From: Anaerolineae bacterium
Lineage (GTDB): Bacteria > Chloroflexota > Anaerolineae > Promineifilales > Promineifilaceae
Length of the DNA: 64,000 nucleotides
Direction of reading: 5' to 3'
Assembly: GCA_045105475.1 (NCBI GenBank)
Contig: JBGCDP010000222.1
Span: forward strand, 4,471 to 68,470
Part shown: piece by piece, positions 1 through 9,857 of the stretch
How positions within the stretch are numbered: position 1 is the stretch's first letter
How the letters are laid out: each line of letters begins with the position of its first letter
The notes under the pieces: model-generated
What the model saw: the letters and a program-made list of their open reading frames with translations, nothing else
Database searches by the model: none
What the model was told of the DNA's origin: nothing
Made by a program: the position numbers and the translations under genes

Positions 1-209
1 TGTCTGGATAAGGCAAAAAAGCGAGTTGTTGACCCGGTTTTCGGTTCTTGAGTGGCTTCATGGCTCCCGAGGATAGCATGAACGGGATTTCTGGTAAACA
101 GTGGGGCGTTAGTCGGTCTGCTTCGCTGTCAGTAGTTGGTAGATGGGTGGTTATGTACTGTCTTACCGATCACTGGCGCAAAGCGAACCGAATACCTAAA
201 ATTCTTTGC

Positions 210-734
210 ATGGAACCAAATATGAAAAGTGCCCAACAACACCGTGATATCGCGGCCGGACAGCACGAAATAATTACTCTAGCGATTGTGACTGTGAGTG
301 ACACTCGCACACCGGAAACAGACACAAATCATCACTATTTGAGCGAGCAGATTGAAACGGCCGGACACAAATTAGTCGGCTATCGTATTGTCAAAGATGA
401 GGCGGACCAGGTCGAAGATGCCCTTGAAGAGATGGTAAACACCGGGGCGCAATTGATTATGTTTAACGGCGGAACCGGCATCGCCAAAAGGGATCGCACC
501 TATGATGTGCTGATTCGCAAAATCGAGAAAGAGATGAACGGGTTTGGAGAAATTTTCCGCATGCTCAGCTACGACCAGGTAGGAGCGGCCGCAATGTTTT
601 CCAGAGCAACGGCCGGGGTCTACAAAGACCGACTAATCATCACGACACCCGGCTCACCGGCCGCAATGCGTTTGGCTTGGGAAAAACTCATCTTACCAGA
701 GATTCACCATTTAGCTTGGGAACTCGTTCGATAG
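210..734 (+). CDS. moaB: Molybdenum cofactor biosynthesis protein B (MogA/MoaB family)
   Basis: The MoaB-like core has the motifs [13 protein letters not shown] and TTPGSPAA. The ORF is open from 48, but the ATG at 210 (MEPNMKS) fits the usual family length. Confidence 0.8.
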   Translation: MEPNMKSAQQHRDIAAGQHEIITLAIVTVSDTRTPETDTNHHYLSEQIETAGHKLVGYRIVKDEADQVEDALEEMVNTGAQLIMFNGGTGIAKRDRTYDVLIRKIEKEMNGFGEIFRMLSYDQVGAAAMFSRATAGVYKDRLIITTPGSPAAMRLAWEKLILPEIHHLAWELVR

Positions 735-870
735 TCGGCTGGCCTGCATTCATGTAGGAATCCCGTTCAAATGCGATGAATATATTGCGCTTTGCAAGCG
801 TTTGCATGAAACTCGCTAAGTTAGTCGGAGCCATACACCGCTCTAAAGAACTTAGCTAATGGAGGCCAAG

Positions 871-1335
871 ATGAACGACGTTCTCATCGAACTACTTTCA
901 CAAGAAAAAACCCTGCAGTTCACCCGTTTTAACGAAGATACAGCATGGGAGATCGGCCGCTGGTTGGTAGAACACGCTGCCGAAAACAGCCTGCCGATCA
1001 CCGTTGATATTCGACGGGGCGACCACCAAATCTTTCATGCCAGTCGGCCAGGAACCAGCGCCGATAATGACGTCTGGGTCATGCGCAAAGTGCGCCTCGT
1101 CAGCCGAACGGGTCACAGCTCGTTTTACTGGAGTCGCTTATTTGCCAGCGAAGGGACAACGATTGAAGAAACGCTTTTACTACCCGAAAGTGAATACGCC
1201 CCCCACGGCGGCTGTTTCCCGATTATTATCAAGGGAACTGGAATGATTGGAACAATCACCGTATCTGGCTTACCTCAGGAAGAAGATCATAAGTTGGTCG
1301 TAAAAGCCCTCACACACTACTTGGAGAAAAACTAA
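871..1335 (+). CDS. UPF0303 / heme-degrading-domain (GlcG-like) protein
   Basis: Length and motifs (GGCFPI, GTITVSGLPQEEDH) are typical of UPF0303. GGAGG at 861-865 favours the ATG at 871 over the one at 859. Confidence 0.6.
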   Translation: MNDVLIELLSQEKTLQFTRFNEDTAWEIGRWLVEHAAENSLPITVDIRRGDHQIFHASRPGTSADNDVWVMRKVRLVSRTGHSSFYWSRLFASEGTTIEETLLLPESEYAPHGGCFPIIIKGTGMIGTITVSGLPQEEDHKLVVKALTHYLEKN

Positions 1336-2514
1336 ATGTCTTTAAATCCGGTTATTTCAATTTTAGGGCGCAAATTACGTTTAGCCGTTATCGGCGGTGG
1401 CCCCGGCTCTTTTATCGGTGCCATGCATCGGCAGGCAGCTCGCATCGATGACCGTTATGAGCTTGTAGCGGGTGTCCTTTCGTCTAATCCAGAACGCTCA
1501 AAACAGGCAGGCCAAGAAATCGGCTTGGCTACAGATCGAATCTTTACCGATGTCATAACGATGCTCGATGCGGAAGCCAATCGGGAAGATGGGGCTGATG
1601 CGGTTGCCATCATGACGCCGAATGACAGCCATTTTGATTATGCGGTTGCGGCCCTCGAACGAGGCTTTGACGTGATCTGTGACAAGCCGATGACAAACAC
1701 GCTGGAGAATGCTGAAAAGCTGCACAAGATCGTGCAGGACAGTGGTCTGATTTTTTGCTTAACCCATAACTACACCGGCTACCCGATGGTGCGCCAGGCC
1801 AAGGCGATGGTTGAAGCGGGCGAGTTGGGAACGATCCGTCTTATCCAAGTTGAATATGTGCAGGGTGGGAATGCGGATGAAAGCCAAGACCCAAGCCCGG
1901 CCAATGGTAGCTTACCGTGGCGGCATGATCCGATAAAAGGTGGTCCGTCTTTGGTGATGGGGGACATCGGCACACATGCCCATAATTTGGTCCGCTTTAT
2001 CACCGGCCTTGAAGTTGCAGAAGTGTCGGCCGAAGCTGGGAGCATCGCCCCCGGCCGGATTGTGCATGACTACGCCGGTGCAATGCTTCGGATGGAAAAT
2101 GGGGCACGCGGCAGCTTCTGGGTGACCCAAGCAGCGGCCGGAGTTGAAAACTGCCTGCGCATACGGGTCAGCGGCAGTAAAGGGAGCTTAGAATGGATGC
2201 AGGAGTTTCCGCAGGCCCTCACATTTAAGCCGCTTGGTGCGCCGTCTCAAAATAGAACGCCAAACGGACCCGGAACTTTGCCTTTATCGGCACGGGCCTG
2301 CCGCATTGTGGCGGGGCACCCTGAAGGTTTTCATGAGGGGTTTGCTAACCTGTATTCAGATGCGGCCGAAGCGATTGCAGCTCGACGTGCTGAGTCAGAC
2401 GTTGATCCGCTCGCCATGCATTTCCCCAACTCTTTAGATGGGTTGTTGGGTGTAAAATTTGTTCACAGCGTAATCGAGTCAAGCAACGCTGACGGGAAAT
2501 GGACCGCCTGTTAA
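1336..2514 (+). CDS. Gfo/Idh/MocA family oxidoreductase
   Basis: N-terminal Rossmann motif LAVIGGGPGSFIGAMH and a CDKPM motif. The start ATG directly abuts the upstream TAA (TAAATG). Confidence 0.85.
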   Translation: MSLNPVISILGRKLRLAVIGGGPGSFIGAMHRQAARIDDRYELVAGVLSSNPERSKQAGQEIGLATDRIFTDVITMLDAEANREDGADAVAIMTPNDSHFDYAVAALERGFDVICDKPMTNTLENAEKLHKIVQDSGLIFCLTHNYTGYPMVRQAKAMVEAGELGTIRLIQVEYVQGGNADESQDPSPANGSLPWRHDPIKGGPSLVMGDIGTHAHNLVRFITGLEVAEVSAEAGSIAPGRIVHDYAGAMLRMENGARGSFWVTQAAAGVENCLRIRVSGSKGSLEWMQEFPQALTFKPLGAPSQNRTPNGPGTLPLSARACRIVAGHPEGFHEGFANLYSDAAEAIAARRAESDVDPLAMHFPNSLDGLLGVKFVHSVIESSNADGKWTAC

Positions 2515-2526
2515 TGAAGAACACAA

Positions 2527-2562
2527 GACCAGCCTGATTTTTATTTGAGTCTCAGGCTGGTC
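2527..2562 (+). terminator. Stem-loop downstream of the oxidoreductase gene (no U-tract)
   Basis: Perfect 11-bp arms gaccagcctga / tcaggctggtc with a 14-nt loop, lying 13 nt after the stop codon. Confidence 0.3.
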
Positions 2563-2575
2563 GTTGGAAGATAAT

Positions 2576-3025
2576 ATGCCAAAAGCAACCATGCGCTTTG
2601 AAACAACGGTTTCAGCCCCGCCAGCAGAGGTTTTCAGCTATGTGTCGGATCTGACTAAACATGGTGAATGGTCGGGCAATCCGCTAGAAATTGTGCCCCT
2701 CGATGATAATGCCACGGAAGCGATCAAGGTCGGCCGACGGTATAAATCGACAGCAACGGTTAAAAACCTGATGTTTGATGCTGAACTTGGGGTTACAGAA
2801 TATGCCCCAAACGAGCGGTTTGCGTTTAGTGGATCTGATGCCACTGGGGAATTTACCCATACGTTTACCTTTAAGCCAACCTCGGCCGGAACCCACATAG
2901 AACGCCTTGCTCGCTTCGATCTCTCACTCTATCTATGGGTCAGATTTTGGGTTTTATATTTGCCCATACGCAAACCGGCTGGGCAAAAAGCGATGGCACG
3001 CTTAAGCGAAAAATGGGCAAAATAG
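2576..3025 (+). CDS. SRPBCC (polyketide cyclase/dehydrase-like) family protein
   Basis: The roughly 150-aa size and an N-terminus reading VSAPPAEVFSYVSDLTKHGEW are typical of the SRPBCC fold. The ATG at 2576 is preferred to the TTG at 2564. Confidence 0.6.
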   Translation: MPKATMRFETTVSAPPAEVFSYVSDLTKHGEWSGNPLEIVPLDDNATEAIKVGRRYKSTATVKNLMFDAELGVTEYAPNERFAFSGSDATGEFTHTFTFKPTSAGTHIERLARFDLSLYLWVRFWVLYLPIRKPAGQKAMARLSEKWAK

Positions 3026-3092
3026 CAGAACAATATGAAACTTAAAAGCCTGTCAGCCCGTATACGTAAATAGTTCGATGTGATGATCTAAC

Positions 3093-4022
3093 GTGATACG
3101 GGCTAAGAAAATCCCCCCCGGTTTTCAGCCGTCTACCCCAGCGAGAAAAAACGTGGCAAACCGAATAAAACTGATAGAAGAAGGCAAGTTCCCTAAAATA
3201 TGGCACTTATTTTTGTGTTGCTTATTTGGCGCATTTGCAGTCAGCTCGATGGTTTTTCCAACCACGGCCGTTGCGCAGAATGGCTTCCCCCAACCCCAAT
3301 ACAGAAATATCAATGATTATGCAGAAGTCATCAAACCATCCGATGAGGCCAAAATCTTAGCGCATTTAAGAGATTTACGCGCTAAACAAGGGATTCAGGT
3401 TGAGATATTAACGGTCAATTCGATTAGCGATTATGATGTTCCCTAATTTAGCATCGAGTCCTTTGCTACAGGGGTTTTCAATGATTGGGGGATTGGTGAT
3501 CCGGTTAAAAACGATGGCATCTTGCTTTTGGTTGCGGTTGAAGATCGTGATGTACGTATCGAGGTTGGGACCGGCTATGGCAACTCACAAAATCGAAATA
3601 TGGAGGAAGTGGTTCGGGAACATCTTTTACCCCATTTTCGACAGGAACAGTATAGCGAAGGGATTGCCCGCGCGACCGGAGCGATCATATCGAAATTAAC
3701 AGGCAGATGGCCAGCAGACATCGATTCTTCCAGGCTGAAACTGCAACCTGAACAAGTGGTATCAAGTCGATCAGAAAGCAATATCGATTGGGGAACAGTA
3801 TTTCTTATCATTTTTCTGATTGTTGGCACAATTGTCTGGAGCAAGATTGCGAAAGAGTTGGGCTTTAATACGTCAGGCTCAGGATATGACGACGATGATT
3901 GGGGGAGTACAAGCAGCTCCAGCAACTGGTCGAACAGTAGCAGCTCCAGCAGCTCGAGCTCTAGCGGCGGTAGCTCATCGGGCGGTAGCTCATCGGGCGG
4001 TGGCGCAAGCGGCAGCTGGTAA
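3093..4022 (+). pseudogene. TPM-domain (YgcG/TLP18.3-like) membrane protein interrupted by one in-frame TAA at 3444-3446
   Basis: ORFs 3093-3446 and 3522-4022 are in the same frame. The TPM-domain sequence continues straight through the stop (..SISDYDVP*FSIESFATGVFNDWGIGDPVKNDGILLLVAVEDRDVRIEVGTGYG..). A C-terminal TM segment and a Ser/Gly tail follow. Confidence 0.7.
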
Positions 4023-4049
4023 CATAATTTGGAGACAAACTAATTTATT

Positions 4050-4361
4050 ATGCTGAACTTCATTGATACATTGCTTTTCAAAATCAAGACTAATGCTCGA
4101 TTAAGAATGATCATGGTGCTGCTTGGTGTTATCGCATTCATAGCGCTTGGTGTCTTTGCATTCTTAAACATACAGACATTCACAATCGTTGATGGGTCGA
4201 CTCAACGCGCAGCCTTTTTAGAATTTTGGGAAAGCGATCGAGAAAGTATTTTGATCTTGGGTGGAATAACGGTCCTCTTGTTTATATTGTCAATATTGTC
4301 TGGTGGGAAGCGTACTTTTACAAAGAATAGACACCAACGATATTTTAAAAAGTACGATTAA
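4050..4361 (+). CDS. Hypothetical small membrane protein (2 TM)
   Basis: The ORF has two hydrophobic segments. I recognise no family. Confidence 0.4.
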   Translation: MLNFIDTLLFKIKTNARLRMIMVLLGVIAFIALGVFAFLNIQTFTIVDGSTQRAAFLEFWESDRESILILGGITVLLFILSILSGGKRTFTKNRHQRYFKKYD

Positions 4362-4448
4362 AAGAAGTTGTTAGTAGCAACTGGTTGAATCAAGCCTGTC
4401 GACCTTCAAAACAAGTCCTGTAACTTGCACTAACTCACGAGTATCGGA

Positions 4449-4796
4449 ATGATGAAACAGAAACTTTTCGTTAGTTTGATTGGAGCAGTATTATTATTTG
4501 CTTTAGGGTGGCTTTTATGGAGCCCATCGGCCGACCAATGGCTTTATCGCACTGAGTTTCAACAAAGCTGGCAGCTCATCAATGCGATTGAACAGTTTAG
4601 GTTAGACCAAAACCGTTTGCCGACCGAGCTAGAATCGAATGAGATAAAAAAGAAGCTTGGCTTACCAGCTGATGAGCAGTGCCCCTGTTATCAAATTGAA
4701 GAAGACGGCCGATTTATCGTCTGGTTTGGCTATCAAACCACAGGCTCATCGATGGTTTACGATTCACAATCGGCCGCTTGGTCACCGCGCCACTAG
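4449..4796 (+). CDS. Hypothetical N-terminally anchored/exported protein
   Basis: N-terminal hydrophobic segment LFVSLIGAVLLFALGWLLW. No recognised domain. Confidence 0.4.
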   Translation: MMKQKLFVSLIGAVLLFALGWLLWSPSADQWLYRTEFQQSWQLINAIEQFRLDQNRLPTELESNEIKKKLGLPADEQCPCYQIEEDGRFIVWFGYQTTGSSMVYDSQSAAWSPRH

Positions 4797-4799
4797 CCA

Positions 4800-5648
4800 T
4801 CACCCACCAAGCGGGTCAGCAAAGATCTGTATATCGCCGGCCGAAACAGCCCGCATCCAATCAACAGTTAGTTCAAATTCCCCAGGCTGCTTATCACTAA
4901 GCATAAATCCAAACGACCCGATTGTGGCCGGATCAAGCGGACCTACATCCATGATAAACCCTCTATAGGTTGGCACCATCTCCGCAAACGGGACAAACAC
5001 CGTTGTCCAAGTTTCGGCCGTTGTTTTAAACAAAGCATTGTACGAGATTGAACGCCCGACCGAATCTGTCCGAATACGTAACCGATACACTTTGCCATCT
5101 CCCTTAACACGGAGCAGAACCCCATCAAAGCCGGTTAAGTCATTTATTTGCCAGTCTGAGCGCACAGAAGAAAAGCCGCCGTTATTTTCAAGCGACATAT
5201 CCCCAGAAAAATAGAGTTGGCTTGACTCGGCAATCGCAACGGTGCTGCTTGAAACGCCCCCCATCACATTGTCATCCACCGTGTACCAGCCCGGCTCACC
5301 GGCCGTAAATGTAAATAGTTCGCTACCTGGAAGAGGTTGTGCCGTGGGTTCAGAAGTCGGCTCAGCCGTTGGGGTAAAAGTCGGTTCAGATGTGGGGGTA
5401 CTCATAACGGTGGGTGTTGGCTCAATCGGGGGCTGAGTCGGCGGAATATCAGTTGTGGCGGGCAAAATCGCTTCAGATTCTGTCACCTTGACCGGAGCTA
5501 CATCAGCTTGAGCAACCTCAACTTGGGTCGCCTTTGTTGGGACGGCTATCGGCTGGCTAACAGGCAGGTCGGCCGGGGTAACCTGCTGGCATGCCGATAG
5601 GTACAATCCGCAAAATCCAATCCAGCCTAAGAGTCGTAAGTTCTTCAT
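4800..5648 (-). CDS. CIA30-domain lipoprotein with Pro/Thr/Glu linker
   Basis: Lipobox LSAC. The C-terminal domain has the motifs VDDNVMGGVSSS, ENNGGFSSVR and FGFMLSD, typical of the complex I intermediate-associated protein 30 family. Confidence 0.7.
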   Translation of the reverse strand: MKNLRLLGWIGFCGLYLSACQQVTPADLPVSQPIAVPTKATQVEVAQADVAPVKVTESEAILPATTDIPPTQPPIEPTPTVMSTPTSEPTFTPTAEPTSEPTAQPLPGSELFTFTAGEPGWYTVDDNVMGGVSSSTVAIAESSQLYFSGDMSLENNGGFSSVRSDWQINDLTGFDGVLLRVKGDGKVYRLRIRTDSVGRSISYNALFKTTAETWTTVFVPFAEMVPTYRGFIMDVGPLDPATIGSFGFMLSDKQPGEFELTVDWMRAVSAGDIQIFADPLGG

Positions 5649-5762
5649 CGTTATAGATCATACGCTCAACATATAGGATGTGTACTTATTTTCAAGCATT
5701 GTTCTATGCAGAAGCCCTTTTTTGTCGCTTGCGCTTATGTTTTGCATAGATACGCTTGAATA

Positions 5763-6068
5763 ATGATTACCTTAACCCAACTCATTTATATCCGGCCGGG
5801 GCAAGAAGATGTTTTTAACCAGTTTGAATCTCTTGCGATCCCGATCATTTCAAAATACAACGGCGAGCTTGTGCTGCGCATCCGGCCGAATGCGGAAACG
5901 ATCATCGAATCATCGATAGAAACACCGCATGAAATCCATCTCGTATCATTCAAAAGCGAGTCTGACTTCCAAGCATTTCTACAAGACGAAGAACGCAAAC
6001 AGTTTTTGCATTTAAAAGAGCAATCAATCCAAACATCGGTATTGATTAAGGGGGAACGAACGGGATAA
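5763..6068 (+). CDS. Small dimeric alpha/beta-barrel (DUF1330-like) protein
   Basis: The 101-aa pattern LIYIRPGQEDVFNQFE...EIHLVSFKSESDFQAFL resembles DUF1330/ABM-like folds. Confidence 0.4.
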   Translation: MITLTQLIYIRPGQEDVFNQFESLAIPIISKYNGELVLRIRPNAETIIESSIETPHEIHLVSFKSESDFQAFLQDEERKQFLHLKEQSIQTSVLIKGERTG

Positions 6069-6150
6069 AAACGGCGATGATTCAAAGATTATAAGAGTGT
6101 TACATCGGGTAAGTAGTTTCGGTTTCTGGCTATCATTATCGGCAAGGTTC

Positions 6151-6951
6151 ATGATGCAAACACTTAAAGTTATTTCAATCCAATCACAAAATGCGGCCGA
6201 ATCTTGCCGTCAAATCAGCCATTATCTGGCTGGCCAATTAGGCATCGATGTTCAGTTTATCAACGATGTTCCTTGGCAAGAGCGGGACAAGATGTTCAAC
6301 GAAGGGGAAGCGGATATCGGCTGGATTTGCGGCCTGCCGTATGTCAAAAAAGCGGCCGACTATCCAGGCCGCTTTGAACTGATCGGGGCACCTGTCATGC
6401 AGCATGCCCGTTATCAACATCGGCCGGTTTACTATTCAGATGTGGTCGTGCGTCGTGACAGTCGGTTCCAAAGTTTTGGCGATTTACGTGGGACGCGTTG
6501 GGCTTTTAACGAGCCGAATTCACAGTCTGGCTACAACATTACCCGCTACCATTTGGCTCAGCTGGGTGAAACAAACTGCTACTTTAATCGGGTGCTTGAG
6601 GCGGGGTCCCATCTAAATGCGATTGACTTGGTGCTGGATGGAGAGATCGAAGCGGCCGCGATTGACAGCACAGTGCTAGAGCTGGCTTACGAAGATCAGC
6701 CCCAACTCAAAGATAATCTACGTGTCATTGAAGTGCTTGGCCCCAGTCCGATTCCACCGTGGGTGATTAACAGAAATGTACCCGCACTACTGCGGAATAC
6801 GATTCGCCAAGTTTTTTGGCACATGCACACAACTGTGGCCGGGCGTCAGATTTTGGCAGACGGGCAAATTGAGCAAATCGCACCGGTCAGTGACGCTGAC
6901 TACGATCTGATCAGAGAAATGGCGCAGGCGGCCGAGACGGTCCGCTGGTGA
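6151..6951 (+). CDS. PhnD/SsuA-like periplasmic-binding-fold protein lacking a signal peptide
   Basis: PhnD-like motifs are present (GWICGLPY, FNEPNSQSGYN). No transporter partner lies next to it. The ATG at 6151 is preferred. Confidence 0.6.
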   Translation: MMQTLKVISIQSQNAAESCRQISHYLAGQLGIDVQFINDVPWQERDKMFNEGEADIGWICGLPYVKKAADYPGRFELIGAPVMQHARYQHRPVYYSDVVVRRDSRFQSFGDLRGTRWAFNEPNSQSGYNITRYHLAQLGETNCYFNRVLEAGSHLNAIDLVLDGEIEAAAIDSTVLELAYEDQPQLKDNLRVIEVLGPSPIPPWVINRNVPALLRNTIRQVFWHMHTTVAGRQILADGQIEQIAPVSDADYDLIREMAQAAETVRW

Positions 6952-7025
6952 TTGCCACTGCGTTTAAAGGCCAATCGTGAATTGGCCCACAGGCAGCTAA
7001 GCGGTAACCGCTTTTTCTCCGTAAA

Positions 7026-7238
7026 CTAATCGGTACGAATCGCCCTTATTGCTCTTTGTATTGCAACACAAAGCAGCAAAAGCACCCCTGCAATAAACAT
7101 AAACGAGCCAATTGGAAGCCATACACTGTCACGCAAAATATTATCTGCATCGACATAAGAGTAATTGGCGGCATACAGTCGGCCGACAAAGCCGATAAGA
7201 GTAAGCACGGTGCCTAAATATAAAAGTGTGTTTTTCAT
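7026..7238 (-). CDS. Hypothetical small membrane protein
   Basis: 70 aa with two hydrophobic helices. Confidence 0.35.
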   Translation of the reverse strand: MKNTLLYLGTVLTLIGFVGRLYAANYSYVDADNILRDSVWLPIGSFMFIAGVLLLLCVAIQRAIRAIRTD

Positions 7239-7326
7239 TTTTCCTCAAGATTAAAGTGTTTTAGAGAGCTATCGGAAAGTATAATGCGAGCCACCTGGAA
7301 CATTCGACCACTTAAGTGCAAAAAAT

Positions 7327-8145
7327 ATGACACCCTGGAATCTCAATCAAACGTTTCAATTTAACGGCCGGCCGGTCCGCTGGGACAACGTTGGCTCAGG
7401 CCCACCGGTTGTAGTTGTGCATGGAACCCCGTGGTCAGCATTTAACATGCGCCATTTAATTGATGGGTTGGCGGCCGATTACAGCGTCTACTTTTATGAT
7501 TTAATCGGCTACGGTCAATCTGACCAAACGGCCGGAGACGTGTCACTCGGCATTCAAAATCGTCTACTGGCCGCCCTGCTTGATCATTGGCAGCTCGACA
7601 ATCCTCTGGTCATCGGCCACGATTTTGGTGGCGCCACCGTTTTGCGCACCCATCTGCTAAACGGTCGAAATTTCAGCAAGATTGTTTTAATCGACCCGGT
7701 CGCGGTTTCCCCATGGGGATCATCATTTTTCAAGCACGTTCAGCAGCATGAAGCGGCGTTTGCCGGGGTGCCAGACTATATTCAAGATGCGATTGTACGA
7801 GCTTATGTGCAAACGGCCGCCTATCAGCCGCTTGACCCTGAAACGCTTGATCAGATCGTTAAACCATGGAGTTCAGGTGATGGCAAAGCGGCTTTTTATC
7901 GGCAAATTGCACAGGCTGATTCAGCTTTTACAGATGAAGCGCAACAGCACTATGGCAAGATCATTCGGCCGACTTTGATTCTGTGGGGGGAAGAAGACAC
8001 GTGGATACCTGTTGAAAAAGGGGAACAGCTCCATGCGATGATCCCAAACTCGCAGTTTCATGTTATTCCCGAATCAGGCCATCTGGTGATAGAAGAACGG
8101 CCGGAACAATTGCTGAACCACATCCGGCGATTTTTACTGGAGTAG
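7327..8145 (+). CDS. Alpha/beta hydrolase (Asp-nucleophile type, epoxide hydrolase/dehalogenase-like)
   Basis: HGTPWSAF oxyanion region, IGHDFGG nucleophile elbow and a C-terminal SGHL motif. Confidence 0.85.
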   Translation: MTPWNLNQTFQFNGRPVRWDNVGSGPPVVVVHGTPWSAFNMRHLIDGLAADYSVYFYDLIGYGQSDQTAGDVSLGIQNRLLAALLDHWQLDNPLVIGHDFGGATVLRTHLLNGRNFSKIVLIDPVAVSPWGSSFFKHVQQHEAAFAGVPDYIQDAIVRAYVQTAAYQPLDPETLDQIVKPWSSGDGKAAFYRQIAQADSAFTDEAQQHYGKIIRPTLILWGEEDTWIPVEKGEQLHAMIPNSQFHVIPESGHLVIEERPEQLLNHIRRFLLE

Positions 8146-8148
8146 ATT

Positions 8149-8691
8149 ATGAATCAGCAAATTCACTTGGAGACCTGCTCAGATTGTTTTGTGCAATTAC
8201 CAAAGCTCGAAGATGACTCACCAACGCATCGCTACATGGGCGGGTCTGCAAGCTGTTGGAACCTGTTTGCCAATATGCACAATGGCGGTGAGCCACCAAT
8301 CGCCCCTGCCCCACTCAATCATTTTTTTATCGATGCCTATTGTGTACAACACCACGGCGTGCCGAATCCACAAGCGATCCAATCTGTGGCGGTGCATGGG
8401 TTGCCGCTGTATTGTTTGTTCGAGCTGGGCATGTCACTCTCCCCTGAAAAGGCTATTTGGATGCGTCAGTGGGCCACCTTTGACAAAGATGGCCAAAAGC
8501 ACCGCCGGTACAGTTGGCTAACACCGCCTGATCAAAGCGGTTGTCTAACAATCGGTGATATCGCTCAGCAACCAACACCAGAAACCCGTGCAGAGCAGCT
8601 GCAAGCTTACATCACGCAAGTTTGGGATGTGTGGCGAGTCGATCATTTAGATATGTTTGCCCGTTGGTATCAAGAATTTATAGTTCAATAG
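8149..8691 (+). CDS. Hypothetical Cys-containing protein (DUF5946-like)
   Basis: The N-terminal C-x-x-C...H-x-Y...SxxCW pattern resembles DUF5946. It starts 3 nt after the hydrolase stop. Confidence 0.4.
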   Translation: MNQQIHLETCSDCFVQLPKLEDDSPTHRYMGGSASCWNLFANMHNGGEPPIAPAPLNHFFIDAYCVQHHGVPNPQAIQSVAVHGLPLYCLFELGMSLSPEKAIWMRQWATFDKDGQKHRRYSWLTPPDQSGCLTIGDIAQQPTPETRAEQLQAYITQVWDVWRVDHLDMFARWYQEFIVQ

Positions 8692-8704
8692 GATTGACGA
8701 AGAT

Positions 8705-9403
8705 ATGTTGTTCAATAGCCCCCTAAGTTTTGAAAAAGCGGATCATTTGATTGATGTACTCGATTGTTCGGCCGTCGATCGTGTGCTAGATGTCGGCTGT
8801 GGCACCGGCGAGTTCTTGATCCGATTGGTTGATGCAACCGGTGCGGCCGGCGTTGGCATCGATATTAAATCGAAGTTGATTGGTGAAGCCCAAGAAAAAG
8901 CGGCCGCACGTTTGGCTGAAAATGTTTCGATTGAATTTAGAACGGCCGATATGCAGGAGCAAACGTTTGCAGAAAACTCGTTCGATTTGGCGATCTGCAT
9001 CGGCTCAACCCATGCATTTGGGATCGGGGAGCAAGCGTATCCGAAAGCACTTGATCAGCTTTCAAGGTTAGTAAAGCCGGGTGGGCAACTGCTTATCGGC
9101 GAAGGATATTGGAAGCAACCGCCGGCTCAGGGGTATCTTGATCTGTTGGGGGATACGCCGGGCATTTATCACACGCATGCTGAAAATGTATGGTTTGCGG
9201 AACGGCGTGGGCTAATTCCGCTGTATACGGCCGTTAGCAATGATGATGAATGGGATCATTTTGAAGGGTCCCATTGGCTACGGGCGGAACGGGAACATGC
9301 GGCCGATGAGGAACGGCTACAGGGCATTCGTGCTTGGCGGGATGGGTATTTGCGCTGGGGGCGTGAAACGATGGGGTTTGGATTCTATTTGTTTCGCAAA
9401 TAA
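8705..9403 (+). CDS. Class I SAM-dependent methyltransferase
   Basis: Motif I is VLDVGCGTGEF, and the post-I and motif II spacing is typical. Confidence 0.85.
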   Translation: MLFNSPLSFEKADHLIDVLDCSAVDRVLDVGCGTGEFLIRLVDATGAAGVGIDIKSKLIGEAQEKAAARLAENVSIEFRTADMQEQTFAENSFDLAICIGSTHAFGIGEQAYPKALDQLSRLVKPGGQLLIGEGYWKQPPAQGYLDLLGDTPGIYHTHAENVWFAERRGLIPLYTAVSNDDEWDHFEGSHWLRAEREHAADEERLQGIRAWRDGYLRWGRETMGFGFYLFRK

Positions 9404-9643
9404 TTCTATTTTGAGATTTGTTTTGTTTAGGGCGTTCTAACTGTCTTAACGCCCGTTTAAATGAGCGCCTGCATGCCGTGCCAACCTACATTTTGAAGCC
9501 CACAAATTCTGGAAACGAAATGGAAACGCCTGCCTCCTACACTTAGGTTAATTCAGCTTCAACAACACATTCCTTTCCAAAACAGGCTGAATGATTTTTT
9601 GAAAAACCCTCAAGTCAAAACGACAAGATTAGGAGACAAAATC

Positions 9644-9829
9644 ATGAATTATTCAGATACCAACACCATCATTAGCCGGTCACTTCACAACGAATACGAA
9701 TCAAAGTTCTCTTCAGCAAGCACCTCAAATGCAATAAAACAAGGACGCGGCCGGTTCCTAAAACTAACTGCCGCACTCGCTACTATATTTACAGCTACAT
9801 TTTTTATCGTCCAATTTTTTTTGTTCTAA
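9644..9829 (+). CDS. Hypothetical tail-anchored mini-protein (61 aa)
   Basis: AGGAG lies 8 nt upstream of the ATG. The N-half is hydrophilic and the tail is hydrophobic (LTAALATIFTATFFIVQFFLF). Confidence 0.35.
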   Translation: MNYSDTNTIISRSLHNEYESKFSSASTSNAIKQGRGRFLKLTAALATIFTATFFIVQFFLF

Positions 9830-9857
9830 ATTAAAACAAACTGCTAGGAGAAAATTC

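Noticed and set aside
48-209. A 54-aa N-terminal extension of MoaB (ORF open from 48).
   Set aside because: The extension has no MoaB homology and an odd composition. The family normally starts close to the ATG at 210/222.
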